From a virus, in the IMG/VR virus record IMGVR_UViG_3300030503_000573, positions 9,084 through 73,083 of that record: a stretch of DNA of 64,000 nucleotides; one strand, written 5' to 3'. Made by a program: the position numbers and the translations under genes. Under the pieces are notes generated by a model. That model saw only the letters and a list, made by a program, of their open reading frames with translations, was not told the origin of the DNA and did no database searches. Positions 18,282 to 27,803 of this stretch are shown here, piece after piece (within the stretch, counting starts at the first letter, position 1; each line of letters starts with the position of its first letter).

Positions 18282-18533
18282 ATGATCAGCCGATACAAGC
18301 GCTACCGCAAGGGCAGCCTCGCCGACCAGGTGTACCTCCACGGGCCACCGCACGTGTGGCAGCCGTCCAGGGTCATCAAGGCTGCCCCGCTGATTGTGCC
18401 GTCGCGCCAGGTCAGCCGGGCCCGGGAGCGCGCTAGCCTCAAGCGAGGGACGCACGCTATGTCCTCTCAAATCCAGCTCCGGGCGCTGCGCGAGGCCCGG
18501 GCTATCAGGGACGGAAGGAGCGAGTTCGAATGA
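18282..18533 (+). CDS. Hypothetical protein
   Basis: 83 aa, basic, tightly packed with neighbours. Confidence 0.45.
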   Translation: MISRYKRYRKGSLADQVYLHGPPHVWQPSRVIKAAPLIVPSRQVSRARERASLKRGTHAMSSQIQLRALREARAIRDGRSEFE

Positions 18534-18847
18534 CCATGCCCGCGCGCCTCAGCGCCAAGCGGTTCCACCGCCGCACCCTGCCCGACGGCTTCGTGCCGGC
18601 GTACAGGTACCCCGTCACGCGCCGGCACCGCCGGGCCGCCCTCGCCTGGGCGATCAAGGACGCGAAGCGCGACCCCGACGCGGTGCTCAAGTTCCAGCTC
18701 GCGCTTGAGGAGCTGCGGGCCACCTTTCACGCCTCGGTTGAGGCCGGGCTCGACCCCAAGTACCTCAACTCGCAGGCCCGTCAGATGCGCCAGCTCAAGC
18801 GCGCGGCGGCGGTGGCCAAGCGGTTCGCGAGGAAGCCAGCGCAATGA
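18530..18847 (+). CDS. Hypothetical protein
   Basis: 105 aa, ATGA overlap, GGAG RBS. Confidence 0.5.
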   Translation: MTMPARLSAKRFHRRTLPDGFVPAYRYPVTRRHRRAALAWAIKDAKRDPDAVLKFQLALEELRATFHASVEAGLDPKYLNSQARQMRQLKRAAAVAKRFARKPAQ

Positions 18848-19059
18848 TGAGCCGCTTTGAGTTCCTCGTCTTTCTGGCCATGGCCCTGGACCTGACTGTG
18901 TTCGCGGTCGACGGAGTTGTAGAAGGCTACTTCATGCACAGGCCACCAGGCGTCATAGCCATAGGCGCGGTGGCCTTCATGGGCCTGCTAGCATTCATCA
19001 TACTGTGGGTCTTTATTGTCGAAGCCATCCGGTGCACGAGGTGGCATCGTGACTACTGA
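18844..19059 (+). CDS. Small two-TM membrane protein
   Basis: 71 aa, hydrophobic. Confidence 0.5.
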   Translation: MMSRFEFLVFLAMALDLTVFAVDGVVEGYFMHRPPGVIAIGAVAFMGLLAFIILWVFIVEAIRCTRWHRDY

Positions 19060-19624
19060 ACGCGACGGCGACCGAGCCACGGAGCAGGAAGAGGCTCCGC
19101 TTGACCCGAAGGAAGCACCGGCGGTCGCCGCCGACAGGGAGGGGGCGGCGGGGGCCCGTAAGCCCCGGGTGACGACCAGCGCCGCCCCCTCCCGACCCCT
19201 CATCTTCGCCCCGCACCTGCCGATGCGCCGCGACCCCGAGACCCGGGCCTTCGTGCCCTCCATGGACCTGCGGCCGGTCTCGGCCCACGGCCAGCTGCGG
19301 TTCCTCATCCCAGGCGACCACTGGGAGGTCGAGCGCATCCAGTCTTGCCCCGACGAGGCCCTAGCTACGATGACCCTGGGCCTCGCGCCGTACGACCACG
19401 CCCGGGGCGACGCCCTGCTGCTGGTAGGCTCGCCCCTGCTGATGGCCCTCATGGGGGCTGCGGCCGCCCCCCTGGGCCGCCCCCTCCGCTTCTTGCTGTG
19501 GCAGCGGCAGGAGCGGGTCTACGAGGCCTTCGAGGCCCACCCGGCCAGCTGCGCCGAAGCGTTGATAGCTCAAGCGAATGAGATAGCGCGCGGCCCCGGC
19601 CGGGCCGATAGTCACGCCTCATAA
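19016..19624 (+). CDS. Hypothetical replication-module protein
   Basis: GDALLLVGSP...LLWQRQERVY pattern; exact start uncertain. Confidence 0.55.
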   Translation: MSKPSGARGGIVTTERDGDRATEQEEAPLDPKEAPAVAADREGAAGARKPRVTTSAAPSRPLIFAPHLPMRRDPETRAFVPSMDLRPVSAHGQLRFLIPGDHWEVERIQSCPDEALATMTLGLAPYDHARGDALLLVGSPLLMALMGAAAAPLGRPLRFLLWQRQERVYEAFEAHPASCAEALIAQANEIARGPGRADSHAS

Positions 19625-19646
19625 GGCAAGAGGGGAACTCACCGAA

Positions 19647-20450
19647 ATGTCGCTCAAGGCTCGCCAGGGCGGATGCGAGGAAGCATCGCCATTCTCGCGG
19701 GAAGGCTACATCCCGTGCAACGCTCCCGCCGTGCGCATGATCAGCTGGCCTGATCGTGGTGAGGGCCCCTACCGCATGTGTGGGGCGTGCGCCGACCACA
19801 GCGTGAGGAACCGGGGCGCCACTGACATTGGCCCGTACGAGGGGCCGCCACTCACGGCTGTTCCACTGAGGGCCGACACGCTCACGGCCGACGCCGCCGC
19901 ATACGAGGCCGACGCCGCAGACCCCACCGCGCAGGACGAGAACCTGCTGAGCCGCATCACCCGCCTCGCCCGCGAGGCCCGCGAGGCGGAGGCCGACGTG
20001 GAGCGCGCGAACGCCGCACTCAAGGCTGCGCAGGACCGGGTGCGCGGGCTGGTCGAGAACATGCTGCCCAACGCCATGGACGAGGCCCAGCAGAAGAAGC
20101 TCACCACCACCGACGGGTGGGAGCTGTCGCGCGGCGAGATACTGCGGGCGTCGATACCGCCCGCGCTGCTCGACCGGGCGATCATGTGGCTCAACGCCAA
20201 CGGGGCCGGCTCCATCGTCAAGCGCGAATTCAAGCTGGAGTTCGGCAAGGGCGAGGACCAGAAGGCCGCCGAGGCGCACGACCTGCTGCTGTCCAGGGGC
20301 TTCGCCCACGGCGACAAGCAGAGCGTCCACCCCCAGACCCTCCAGGCCACGCTCAAGGAGAAGATGGCCGCCGGGCAGGAGGTGCCCATGGACCTGTTCG
20401 GGGTGTACATACAGCCCATCGTGCGCATGAAAGGTCCAAAGGGCGCGTGA
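19647..20450 (+). CDS. Conserved phage replication-module protein (coiled coil)
   Basis: LPNAMDEA...WLNANGAGSIVKR...VHPQTLQA...VPMDLFGVY, typical of genes preceding SSB in PolA phages. Confidence 0.65.
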   Translation: MSLKARQGGCEEASPFSREGYIPCNAPAVRMISWPDRGEGPYRMCGACADHSVRNRGATDIGPYEGPPLTAVPLRADTLTADAAAYEADAADPTAQDENLLSRITRLAREAREAEADVERANAALKAAQDRVRGLVENMLPNAMDEAQQKKLTTTDGWELSRGEILRASIPPALLDRAIMWLNANGAGSIVKREFKLEFGKGEDQKAAEAHDLLLSRGFAHGDKQSVHPQTLQATLKEKMAAGQEVPMDLFGVYIQPIVRMKGPKGA

Positions 20451-20566
20451 TGGGCTTCCTCGTCAACCTCGGCCTCGCCGTGCTGTTCACCCTTGCCACA
20501 GGTGCGCTGGGTGCTGGCCTGTTCGAGCTTGGCTGGGCGATGATGCACACGCCGGTGTGTCGCTAG
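20450..20566 (+). CDS. Small membrane peptide
   Basis: MGFLVNLGLAVLFTLATGALGAGLFELGW; fills gap. Confidence 0.4.
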   Translation: MGFLVNLGLAVLFTLATGALGAGLFELGWAMMHTPVCR

Positions 20567-20747
20567 ATGGGCAGCGCCATTCAGAAGGCCACTGCTGTCG
20601 CTGGGCTGATCGCCTCGATGACTGCCGCCTACTGGATAGGTTTCCAGACGAGCAACGACCAGTTTGAACACCCCGCGTCATGCGGGGCGCAGGTGCCTGC
20701 GCCGGGGCACCCTAAAGAGCCCGCCGCATCTAGCACAGGAGGCCCGA

Positions 20748-21659
20748 GTGGCCACAGCAACGAAGGAGAAGCCGCCCGTCGGCGGTGAGCAGGACCACGT
20801 CGACCCCAAGACGGGCGAGCTGGTCTCAGCAGAAGACCAGGCCCGGGCGCTCGCCCTGGCCGACGCAGAGGCCTACGACGAGGACGCCGGGGCCGGCTTT
20901 GAGAACCAGACGGCGGCCGACGTCGCGGTCCCGTTCCTCGCCGTGCTGCAGCCGACCTCGCCCCAGGTCCAGAGCGACCACCCCGACGCCCCCCGCCCCG
21001 GCGGCATCATCAACACCACCACCGGTGCTGTGGTGCTGGGCTCGGTAGGCATGCTGTTCGTGCCGGCCCTCACGCGCCACGTCTTCGTGGAGTGGGTGGA
21101 CCGCGACAAGGGCGGTGGCTACATCGGGGAGCACGAGGTCGACTCAGACCTCATCAAGCGGGTGCGCACCACCCAGCCGCTCGGCGACTACAAGCACCCC
21201 GAGACCGGCAACGACCTGGTCGAGACCTTCTACGTCTACGGCCTCCAGGTTGGCGACGACGGCATCGGGTGGCCGGCGATCTTCCCGTTCTCCTCGACGT
21301 TCATCCGCCCCTACCGCGACTGGATGTTCAAGGCGAAGTCCATCTCCATCAAGCTGCCCGACAGGGTGCTGACGAACCTGCCGCTCTTCGCCCACACCTG
21401 GCGCATCAAGACCGTGCGCAACGAGAAGAACGGCAACACCTGGTTCACCCCGGTGGTCGGCTTCGCGGGCAACGACGCCGAGGACAGCCGGAACCCGCCG
21501 ACTTCGCAGCTGTACGAGGGCGCCAAGCAGGTGCGGGCGGCGATCTCCTCCGGGGCCCTGCGCGCCGCGACCGAGACTCTGGCCGGCGGTGGCAAGCCGG
21601 AGGACGGAGCCGGCCGCGAGGGTCGCGAGACCAAGAAGGCGGCGAACGCGCCGTTCTAG
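20748..21659 (+). CDS. Putative ssDNA-binding/annealing protein
   Basis: GAGFEN...VPFLAVLQPTSPQV...VEW...KNGNTWF, C-terminal APF; AGGAGG RBS. Confidence 0.65.
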   Translation: MATATKEKPPVGGEQDHVDPKTGELVSAEDQARALALADAEAYDEDAGAGFENQTAADVAVPFLAVLQPTSPQVQSDHPDAPRPGGIINTTTGAVVLGSVGMLFVPALTRHVFVEWVDRDKGGGYIGEHEVDSDLIKRVRTTQPLGDYKHPETGNDLVETFYVYGLQVGDDGIGWPAIFPFSSTFIRPYRDWMFKAKSISIKLPDRVLTNLPLFAHTWRIKTVRNEKNGNTWFTPVVGFAGNDAEDSRNPPTSQLYEGAKQVRAAISSGALRAATETLAGGGKPEDGAGREGRETKKAANAPF

Positions 21660-21749
21660 CCGAACGGCCGGGGGAAGCGAAGACCCCGGCCCAGGCCCCG
21701 CCGAGAAGTTCCCCTCCCGGCGGGGCCGCCCCCTTGATGGAGCACACCC

Positions 21750-22997
21750 GTGGACGGCTCTGGACTCTCATGGAACCCCCAGCAGCAGGGGGCCCTCGAC
21801 CGGGCCCGGCGCTGGCTGGACGCGCCCGTGCGGGCCGAGAGCCAGGTCTTCCGCATGTTCGGGTACGCAGGCGTCGGCAAGACGACACTGGCCCGCACGC
21901 TGGCGCAGCACGCCGGCCCGGGGGTGCTGGCCGCCGCCTACACCGGCAAGGCGGCCCACGTGCTGACGCAGAAGGGGCTGCCGGCCCAGACCATCCACAG
22001 CCTCATCTACGACCCCGCCGGCATGGACAACCGGAAGGAAGCCGCGCTCCGGTTGGAGCTGTCACAGCTGGAGCAGGTGCAGGAGGCCGAGCCGAACCCG
22101 CTGACCGAGCAGCGCATCGAAGCGCTCCAGCACGCCATCGAGAAGGCCCGCGCGAGCGCCCAGATGCGGTGGACGCTCAAGGAGTACTCGGACCTCGCCG
22201 ACGCCTCGCTGCTGATACTCGACGAGGTCTCCATGGTCGACGAGGAGGTGGCCCGCGACCTGCTGAGCTTCGGGGTGCGGGTGCTGTGTCTGGGCGACCC
22301 GGCCCAGCTGCCACCGGTGCGGGGCGCGGGGTTCTTCATGGACGCCGAGCCGGACGTGCTGCTCACCGAGGTGGTGCGGCAGGCGGCTGACAACCCCATC
22401 CTCGCGCTGGCCACGGCCGCCCGCGAAGGCCGGAGCATACCGTACGGTGAGTGGGAGACCGCCGCCGGCTCGGCGCGCGTGGTGCGCCGCGTAGGAGCCG
22501 AGAGCGCCCAGACAGCTGACCAGATCATCTGCGGCACCAACCGCAAGCGCCAGTCCATCAACGCCCGCATGCGGCAGCTGAAGGGCATGCTGGGCTACGA
22601 CATGCCGCAGCCCGGCGAGCGCCTCATCTGCCTGCGCAACGACCGCGAGCGCGGGCTGCTCAACGGGCAGATGTGGGGTGTGCTGGACCGCGACGGGCCG
22701 GTTTGGAGCCCGGGGGACGAGGCGGTTGACCTGTGGCTCCAGGAGGAAGGCTCCGACCGTGTGGAGCACCTGCTGGTCGAGGCCCCTGGGTTGCTCGACG
22801 AGGCCCAGCTGTCCAAGTGGCCGCTCGCGGCCCAGATGACGTGGGGCTACGCAGTGACCGTGCACAAGGCTCAGGGAAGCGAGTGGGGCCGGGTGCTGAT
22901 GTTCGACGACTGGCCTGGCTCGGGCGAGGAGCGGCAGCGCTGGCTGTACACGGGGCTGACCCGGGCAGCGCGCGAGCTGGTGCTGGTGAGGGAGTGA
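21750..22997 (+). CDS. RecD/Dda-like SF1B helicase
   Basis: GYAGVGKTT, TGKAA, DEVSMV, GDPAQLPPV, YAVTVHKAQGSEW, YTGLTRA. Confidence 0.92.
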   Translation: MDGSGLSWNPQQQGALDRARRWLDAPVRAESQVFRMFGYAGVGKTTLARTLAQHAGPGVLAAAYTGKAAHVLTQKGLPAQTIHSLIYDPAGMDNRKEAALRLELSQLEQVQEAEPNPLTEQRIEALQHAIEKARASAQMRWTLKEYSDLADASLLILDEVSMVDEEVARDLLSFGVRVLCLGDPAQLPPVRGAGFFMDAEPDVLLTEVVRQAADNPILALATAAREGRSIPYGEWETAAGSARVVRRVGAESAQTADQIICGTNRKRQSINARMRQLKGMLGYDMPQPGERLICLRNDRERGLLNGQMWGVLDRDGPVWSPGDEAVDLWLQEEGSDRVEHLLVEAPGLLDEAQLSKWPLAAQMTWGYAVTVHKAQGSEWGRVLMFDDWPGSGEERQRWLYTGLTRAARELVLVRE

Positions 22998-23233
22998 TGA
23001 GGAAAGAACGCAGCACCGAGCTGGGGCTGACCTTCATCATGGTCAGGCAGGTCAGGGACCAGCATGGGGTCACCGTCGTGCTGCGGGCAGTCGACTCTGC
23101 GGTGGATGAGGCCACAATGCTGCCCGGGGGCACCCGCGTGACTGGTGAGCTCAGCTTTACCTTCACAGACATGGTATCCTTTGATCAGATGAGCTGGGAC
23201 TTCCGCCGGCCAGTCAAGGGGAGTGTGGGGTGA
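22997..23233 (+). CDS. Hypothetical protein
   Basis: 78 aa, coupled to neighbours. Confidence 0.45.
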   Translation: MRKERSTELGLTFIMVRQVRDQHGVTVVLRAVDSAVDEATMLPGGTRVTGELSFTFTDMVSFDQMSWDFRRPVKGSVG

Positions 23234-23736
23234 GGCCAGTCCTGGTGGGCATAGCGCCGAGCCGTCCAGGGTCGGAAGGGCAGCCACTCTCGGCGCTCGG
23301 CGGCCGCAGTACGGGGGCAACGCTGGCCGAGCTGGCTGGGCTCTCGGCGTCCCAGTACATGATGCGCTTCGACCGGGTGAACCTCTGCGCCACTACCCAG
23401 GCCAGCACGATCAGGACGTCAGTCGGGCGGCCCTACGCCGAGATGCTGGCAGGTTCGCTGCTGCGGGGCCGGCGCGTCGTCCTTCTGGGCATGAACGTGG
23501 TCGAGTGCTTTGGGCTGGAGGAGTTCCGGTGTGACCTGGCCGAGTGGTTCGATACCAGGGAGATCAGGCCACAGGCGGGCTGGGCCGGCTACCGTGCTGG
23601 CATGGTCCCGCCATTCAACTACGCCATCCTGCCGCACCCCAGCGGGCGCAACCGCTGGTACAACGAACCCGCCAACCGCGAGCGCGCCCGGGCCTTCATG
23701 ACCGAGCTGGCCGAGGGCTGGGAAGGAGCCGACTGA
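23230..23736 (+). CDS. Uracil-DNA glycosylase superfamily protein
   Basis: VLVGIAPS (motif A-like), VNL, VVLLG, LPHPSGRNRW (motif B). Confidence 0.7.
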   Translation: MRPVLVGIAPSRPGSEGQPLSALGGRSTGATLAELAGLSASQYMMRFDRVNLCATTQASTIRTSVGRPYAEMLAGSLLRGRRVVLLGMNVVECFGLEEFRCDLAEWFDTREIRPQAGWAGYRAGMVPPFNYAILPHPSGRNRWYNEPANRERARAFMTELAEGWEGAD

Positions 23737-24017
23737 TGCCACACCTCACCCGCGCCCTGCGCGTCATCTCCAACACCGGCGTCGTTGCCTTCATCGGCCT
23801 GTCGGTCTACTACTCGTACACCGGCGACCACCACGCCTCGACCTACTCGATGCTGTGGGCGATCTTCTTCCGCCTGCTGATCACCGAGCAGAACTTCCAG
23901 CGCCGGGCCGAGGAGCGCTCGGCCGAGCGAACCCGAATAGACACCGTCAGAGACGGCGCGGCGGCCCTTGCGAGGGCTGGGACCGCCGCGCCAACCCAGC
24001 CCCAGGAGGACAGATGA
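23736..24017 (+). CDS. Membrane protein
   Basis: Two hydrophobic segments; GGAG RBS. Confidence 0.5.
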   Translation: MPHLTRALRVISNTGVVAFIGLSVYYSYTGDHHASTYSMLWAIFFRLLITEQNFQRRAEERSAERTRIDTVRDGAAALARAGTAAPTQPQEDR

Positions 24018-24598
24018 ACTACGGGCGTGTGTACCGCGAGTTCATCGCCGACCGACTGGGGAAGCAGGCCCAGCTGGAGGTGTATGAGACGCATCACATC
24101 AGACCGCGCTGCCTCAAGGGAGGCGACGAGCCCAGCAACCTGATTAGGTTGAGCGCTCCAGATCACCTCTTCGCTCATCTGCTGCTCGCCCGCATACACG
24201 GAGGCGCGCTCGCGTTCTCATTCATCTGGATGCTGGGCATGCAGAAGTATGCTGGGAGGCGTTCGCGCAGGACCTATGAGCAGCTGAGGGCGCAGCACCG
24301 AGCCCATGTGAGCAGCCTCAGAAGCGGGGCCTCAGCATCTGAGGTCACCCGCCAGAGGCAGAGCGAGGCTGCCGTCAGACGCTTCAAGGACTCTGAGCAA
24401 CTAAGACGCCACATCGAGGCGCGGCGCGGGAGGCCACAGCCGCCGCGCTCAGATGCCCACAGGGAGAGCCTGAGGCGCTCAGCGGCGCTCTGGCAGTCGA
24501 AGCCGGAGGCGAAGGCCGCAGCGAGTGAGCGCGCCCGCAAGCAGTGGCAGCCTGGAGGCTGTCTGTACGAGAAGTTCAAGGGGAATAGCAACGCATGA
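24014..24598 (+). CDS. HNH homing endonuclease with NUMOD3-like tail
   Basis: HHIRPRCLKGGDEPSNLIRLSAPDHLFAHLLL; basic C-terminal repeats; overlaps the RNR start. Confidence 0.85.
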   Translation: MNYGRVYREFIADRLGKQAQLEVYETHHIRPRCLKGGDEPSNLIRLSAPDHLFAHLLLARIHGGALAFSFIWMLGMQKYAGRRSRRTYEQLRAQHRAHVSSLRSGASASEVTRQRQSEAAVRRFKDSEQLRRHIEARRGRPQPPRSDAHRESLRRSAALWQSKPEAKAAASERARKQWQPGGCLYEKFKGNSNA

Positions 24599-26580
24599 CC
24601 GAGATGTCCGCCAGGGCGAAGGCGATATTCATACGCACCTACAGCCGGCCGAAGGAGGGCGGCGGGTACGAGACCTATGAAGAAGTCATGGAGCGCGTCA
24701 CCGGCCACCAGCGCTGGCTCTGGGAGCGCTCTCTGGGCCGGGCGCTCGACCCCCGAGAGGAGGCTGAGCTGGGTGCCCTAAAGGCCCTCTTCCTGGCGCG
24801 CAAATGCATGCCAGCCGGACGCACCCTGTGGCTCGGCGGCACTGAGATAGCCCGCAGCCGGGAGATCAGCCAGTTCAACTGCTCCGGGCTCGTCGTCAAG
24901 ACTATCCATGATGTCGTGGACGTCGCGTGGCTCTTGTTAAATGGCGCGGGGGTGGGGGCCAAGCCCACGCAGGGCGTGCTGAACGGCTTCGCCAGACCCA
25001 TCGACGACGTGAGGGTGATACGGTCCGAGCGCACCGAGAAGGGCGGCGAGGAGCACAACACCGAGACCTTCGACCGCGAGACCGGGGTGTGGACCATCCG
25101 GGTCGGCGACAGCGGTGAGGCCTGGGCCAAGGCTGTGGGCAAGCTGCTGGGAGGCAAGTGGGCGGCGAGGTCTCTGGTGCTGGACTTCTCCCAGATCAGG
25201 CCAGAGGGCTCGCTGCTGGCGAGGTATGGGTGGCGCTCCTCGGGCGACTCGGTCATCTCGGTTGAGATGGTCAAGATGGCTTCCCTGCTTAGCCGCCGGG
25301 CCGGCCAGCTGCTCTCCAAGCTGGACATCGCTGACATCGTCAACCACCTCGGGGTCATCCAGACGGGCCGTCGTGGGGCCGAGATACTGCTGATGGACAG
25401 CGATGACCCCGAGGCCGACGCCTTCGCTGCCTTCAAGGCCCGCTACTGGGAGCGGCCGGAGACGCACCACAGGGCTCAGAGCAACAACTCCCTGGTGTTC
25501 TCAGACCGGCCGAGCAGGACACGGCTGCGGGAGATATTCGACGAGATGATGTCTAACGGCGGCAATGAGCCGGGCTTCATCAACGGCGAGGCCGCCCGAG
25601 CACGCGCCCCCTGGTTCTACACCGTCAATCCTTGTGCTGAGATACTGCTGGCCGACCGGGGCCTGTGCAACCTAACCGAGACCTCGGTGGCCGCCTTCGA
25701 CCGCATGGACGACCTGCTTGAGGCTCTGAGGCTGATCGCCCGGGCGAACTACAGGCAGACGCTGGTGGAACTCGACGACGGTATTCTGCAGCGCTCCTGG
25801 CACGAGAACCAGGCATTCCTGAGGCTGTGCGGGGTCTCCCTCACCGGGGTGGCCCAGCGGCCGGACCTCACGGCCCACGACCTGCGCATGATGAGAAACG
25901 CGGCTGTGAGCGGGGCCTGGGCGATGGCCGATGAGCTGGGTACCCCGCGCCCCAAGAATGTCACCTGCGTGAAGCCGTCCGGCACGCTGGGCAAGGTGAT
26001 GGACGCCGCCGAGGGGGCCCACGTGCCGCCCGGCCGCCACATCATCAACTCTGTGGTCTACGCCCGCACCGACCCGCTGGTGGGCCGGCTACGCGAGGCT
26101 GGGTATCGGGTCAGGCCACATCCGACGGCCGAGACGCAGGTGCTGGTTGCCTTCCCGGTTGAGTTCAGCGGTGGTCACTTTACGCCGGAGCCGGGACCGA
26201 CCGGCGGCACCATGTGGGTGAATCGAGAGACGGCGCTCGCCCAGCTCAGGCGGTATCGGCTGCTGCAGGAGAACTTCTCGGACCAGAATGTATCGCTCAC
26301 GGTCAGCTACACGCCCGACGAGGTCGACGGCGTGTGCGACTGGCTGTACGCAAACTGGGGCGGCTACGTGGGTGTAGCCTGGATGCTGCGGATGGACCCA
26401 GCCACGACGCCCGAGAGCGTAGGGGCCCCATACCTGCCCCAGCAGGTGGTGACGCAGGAGGCCTACGCCGAGTACATCGCCGAGCTGCGCGAAGTCGACT
26501 GGGAAGACGCGGGCGGTGCGGTCGAGGAGAATGACGCCCTCGACCCGGATTGCGAGGGCGGGGTATGCCCGGTGAGGTGA
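24595..26580 (+). CDS. nrdJ: Class II (B12-dependent) ribonucleotide reductase
   Basis: PAGRTLW, FNC, NPCAEI...CNL, VKPSGT, C-terminal CEGGVCPVR. Confidence 0.92.
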   Translation: MTEMSARAKAIFIRTYSRPKEGGGYETYEEVMERVTGHQRWLWERSLGRALDPREEAELGALKALFLARKCMPAGRTLWLGGTEIARSREISQFNCSGLVVKTIHDVVDVAWLLLNGAGVGAKPTQGVLNGFARPIDDVRVIRSERTEKGGEEHNTETFDRETGVWTIRVGDSGEAWAKAVGKLLGGKWAARSLVLDFSQIRPEGSLLARYGWRSSGDSVISVEMVKMASLLSRRAGQLLSKLDIADIVNHLGVIQTGRRGAEILLMDSDDPEADAFAAFKARYWERPETHHRAQSNNSLVFSDRPSRTRLREIFDEMMSNGGNEPGFINGEAARARAPWFYTVNPCAEILLADRGLCNLTETSVAAFDRMDDLLEALRLIARANYRQTLVELDDGILQRSWHENQAFLRLCGVSLTGVAQRPDLTAHDLRMMRNAAVSGAWAMADELGTPRPKNVTCVKPSGTLGKVMDAAEGAHVPPGRHIINSVVYARTDPLVGRLREAGYRVRPHPTAETQVLVAFPVEFSGGHFTPEPGPTGGTMWVNRETALAQLRRYRLLQENFSDQNVSLTVSYTPDEVDGVCDWLYANWGGYVGVAWMLRMDPATTPESVGAPYLPQQVVTQEAYAEYIAELREVDWEDAGGAVEENDALDPDCEGGVCPVR

Positions 26581-26590
26581 GGAGAACAAG

Positions 26591-27151
26591 ATGACGCGCC
26601 ATGCAATGATAGACTTAGAGACCCTCGGGGTAGGCCCCCGCGCGGTCATCGTCCAGGTAGGGATATGCTTCTTTGACCCGTGGGCTCCCAAGCACGTGGC
26701 CGACCTGGAGGGCCACTCCTGGAATGTGGACCCGGAGTCGTGCGCCTCCCTGGGCGGCCAGTATGATGGCAGCACCATCATGTGGTGGCTAGCTCAAAGC
26801 GCAGTGACGCGCGAAGGGATTGCGCCGGGAGCATCTCGCTGGGTCATGCGGTCGGTGCTGAACGTTCTCACAGCCGTCATGCAGAGGGGCGCGGCGGTCG
26901 AGGGTGTCTGGGCGCAGGGCGCGGCCTTCGACATCCCCATCCTGGAGCACTACTTCTCGACGGCCGGGTTAGAAGTTCCCTGGGGCTATGGCCGGGTTCG
27001 CGACACCCGCACGGTGTACTGGGCTGCCGAGTCCCTTGGCTGGCAGCGCGACAGGAGCACCACGGCCCACTCGGCGCTCGCCGACTGCCGGGCCCAGGTC
27101 GCCCAGCTGCAGTCGGCGCTCGCCGTCATCGGCAGCAGCAGGCAGCCATGA
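26591..27151 (+). CDS. DEDDh 3'-5' exonuclease (DUF5051-like)
   Basis: MIDLETLG, FDIPIL, RDTRT, HSALADC. Confidence 0.85.
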   Translation: MTRHAMIDLETLGVGPRAVIVQVGICFFDPWAPKHVADLEGHSWNVDPESCASLGGQYDGSTIMWWLAQSAVTREGIAPGASRWVMRSVLNVLTAVMQRGAAVEGVWAQGAAFDIPILEHYFSTAGLEVPWGYGRVRDTRTVYWAAESLGWQRDRSTTAHSALADCRAQVAQLQSALAVIGSSRQP

Positions 27152-27357
27152 GCAAGTTCGGCGACGAGAGCGATACCTACGACCTGGAGTACCTCGGCCT
27201 CACCCGTGCAGGCAACGCCTACATGGTTGACGACGGCGACGGCAACACCGTCTTCCTGCCGACGAGCCGGGTTGAGCCGGTGGGCGCGCTCGTCGTCAAC
27301 AAGACGTGCAAGTTCGACATCCCCAACTGGCTCGCCGAGCGCGAGGGCCTATGTTAG
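27148..27357 (+). CDS. Hypothetical protein
   Basis: 69 aa, FLPTSRV...IPNWLAEREGL pattern common in phages. Confidence 0.55.
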   Translation: MSKFGDESDTYDLEYLGLTRAGNAYMVDDGDGNTVFLPTSRVEPVGALVVNKTCKFDIPNWLAEREGLC

Positions 27358-27369
27358 CCAAAATACCAC

Positions 27370-27435
27370 TTGACTTACCCACCGGTGGTCACTAAGGGAG
27401 GGGGTGGGCGCGAGGCGTGCCCGCATCATAAGGAG
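27370..27435 (+). promoter_or_regulatory. Promoter-hairpin-RBS cassette, copy 1
   Basis: TTGACT-17-TAAGGG, GTGGGCGCGAGGCGTGCCCGC hairpin, ATCATAAGGAG. Confidence 0.75.
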
Positions 27436-27445
27436 GCCAGACCAG

Positions 27446-27775
27446 ATGACGAAGAGCCAGCCCCAGTTCGCCTTCACGGTGCGCCGGACCACCTATGAGT
27501 TCGAGGGTCGCTACGTCTCGACCAGCACTCAGGTCGTCTCCCGCGAATACTTCTGCTCGGCGGCTGGGGCCGCGTTCGCCTGCCGCCGCGCCGGTGACCC
27601 CGGCGACACGACCGACGGTGGCGTCTGTGGCGCGATTGAGAAGCTCCAGCCCGGCATGGTCTATGACTTCCAGCTCAATCAATGGGTTCCCGGCATGGAG
27701 TGGAAGCCCTGGTACGGAGAGGCGTGGGCGGCTCGCGAGCCGGTCGCCGATCCCTTTGACGACATGCCGTTCTGA
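27446..27775 (+). CDS. Hypothetical early protein
   Basis: ATG 10 nt after ATAAGGAG. Confidence 0.6.
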   Translation: MTKSQPQFAFTVRRTTYEFEGRYVSTSTQVVSREYFCSAAGAAFACRRAGDPGDTTDGGVCGAIEKLQPGMVYDFQLNQWVPGMEWKPWYGEAWAAREPVADPFDDMPF

Positions 27776-27803
27776 AGCATCAATCAGCATAAGGAGACAT
27801 CAG

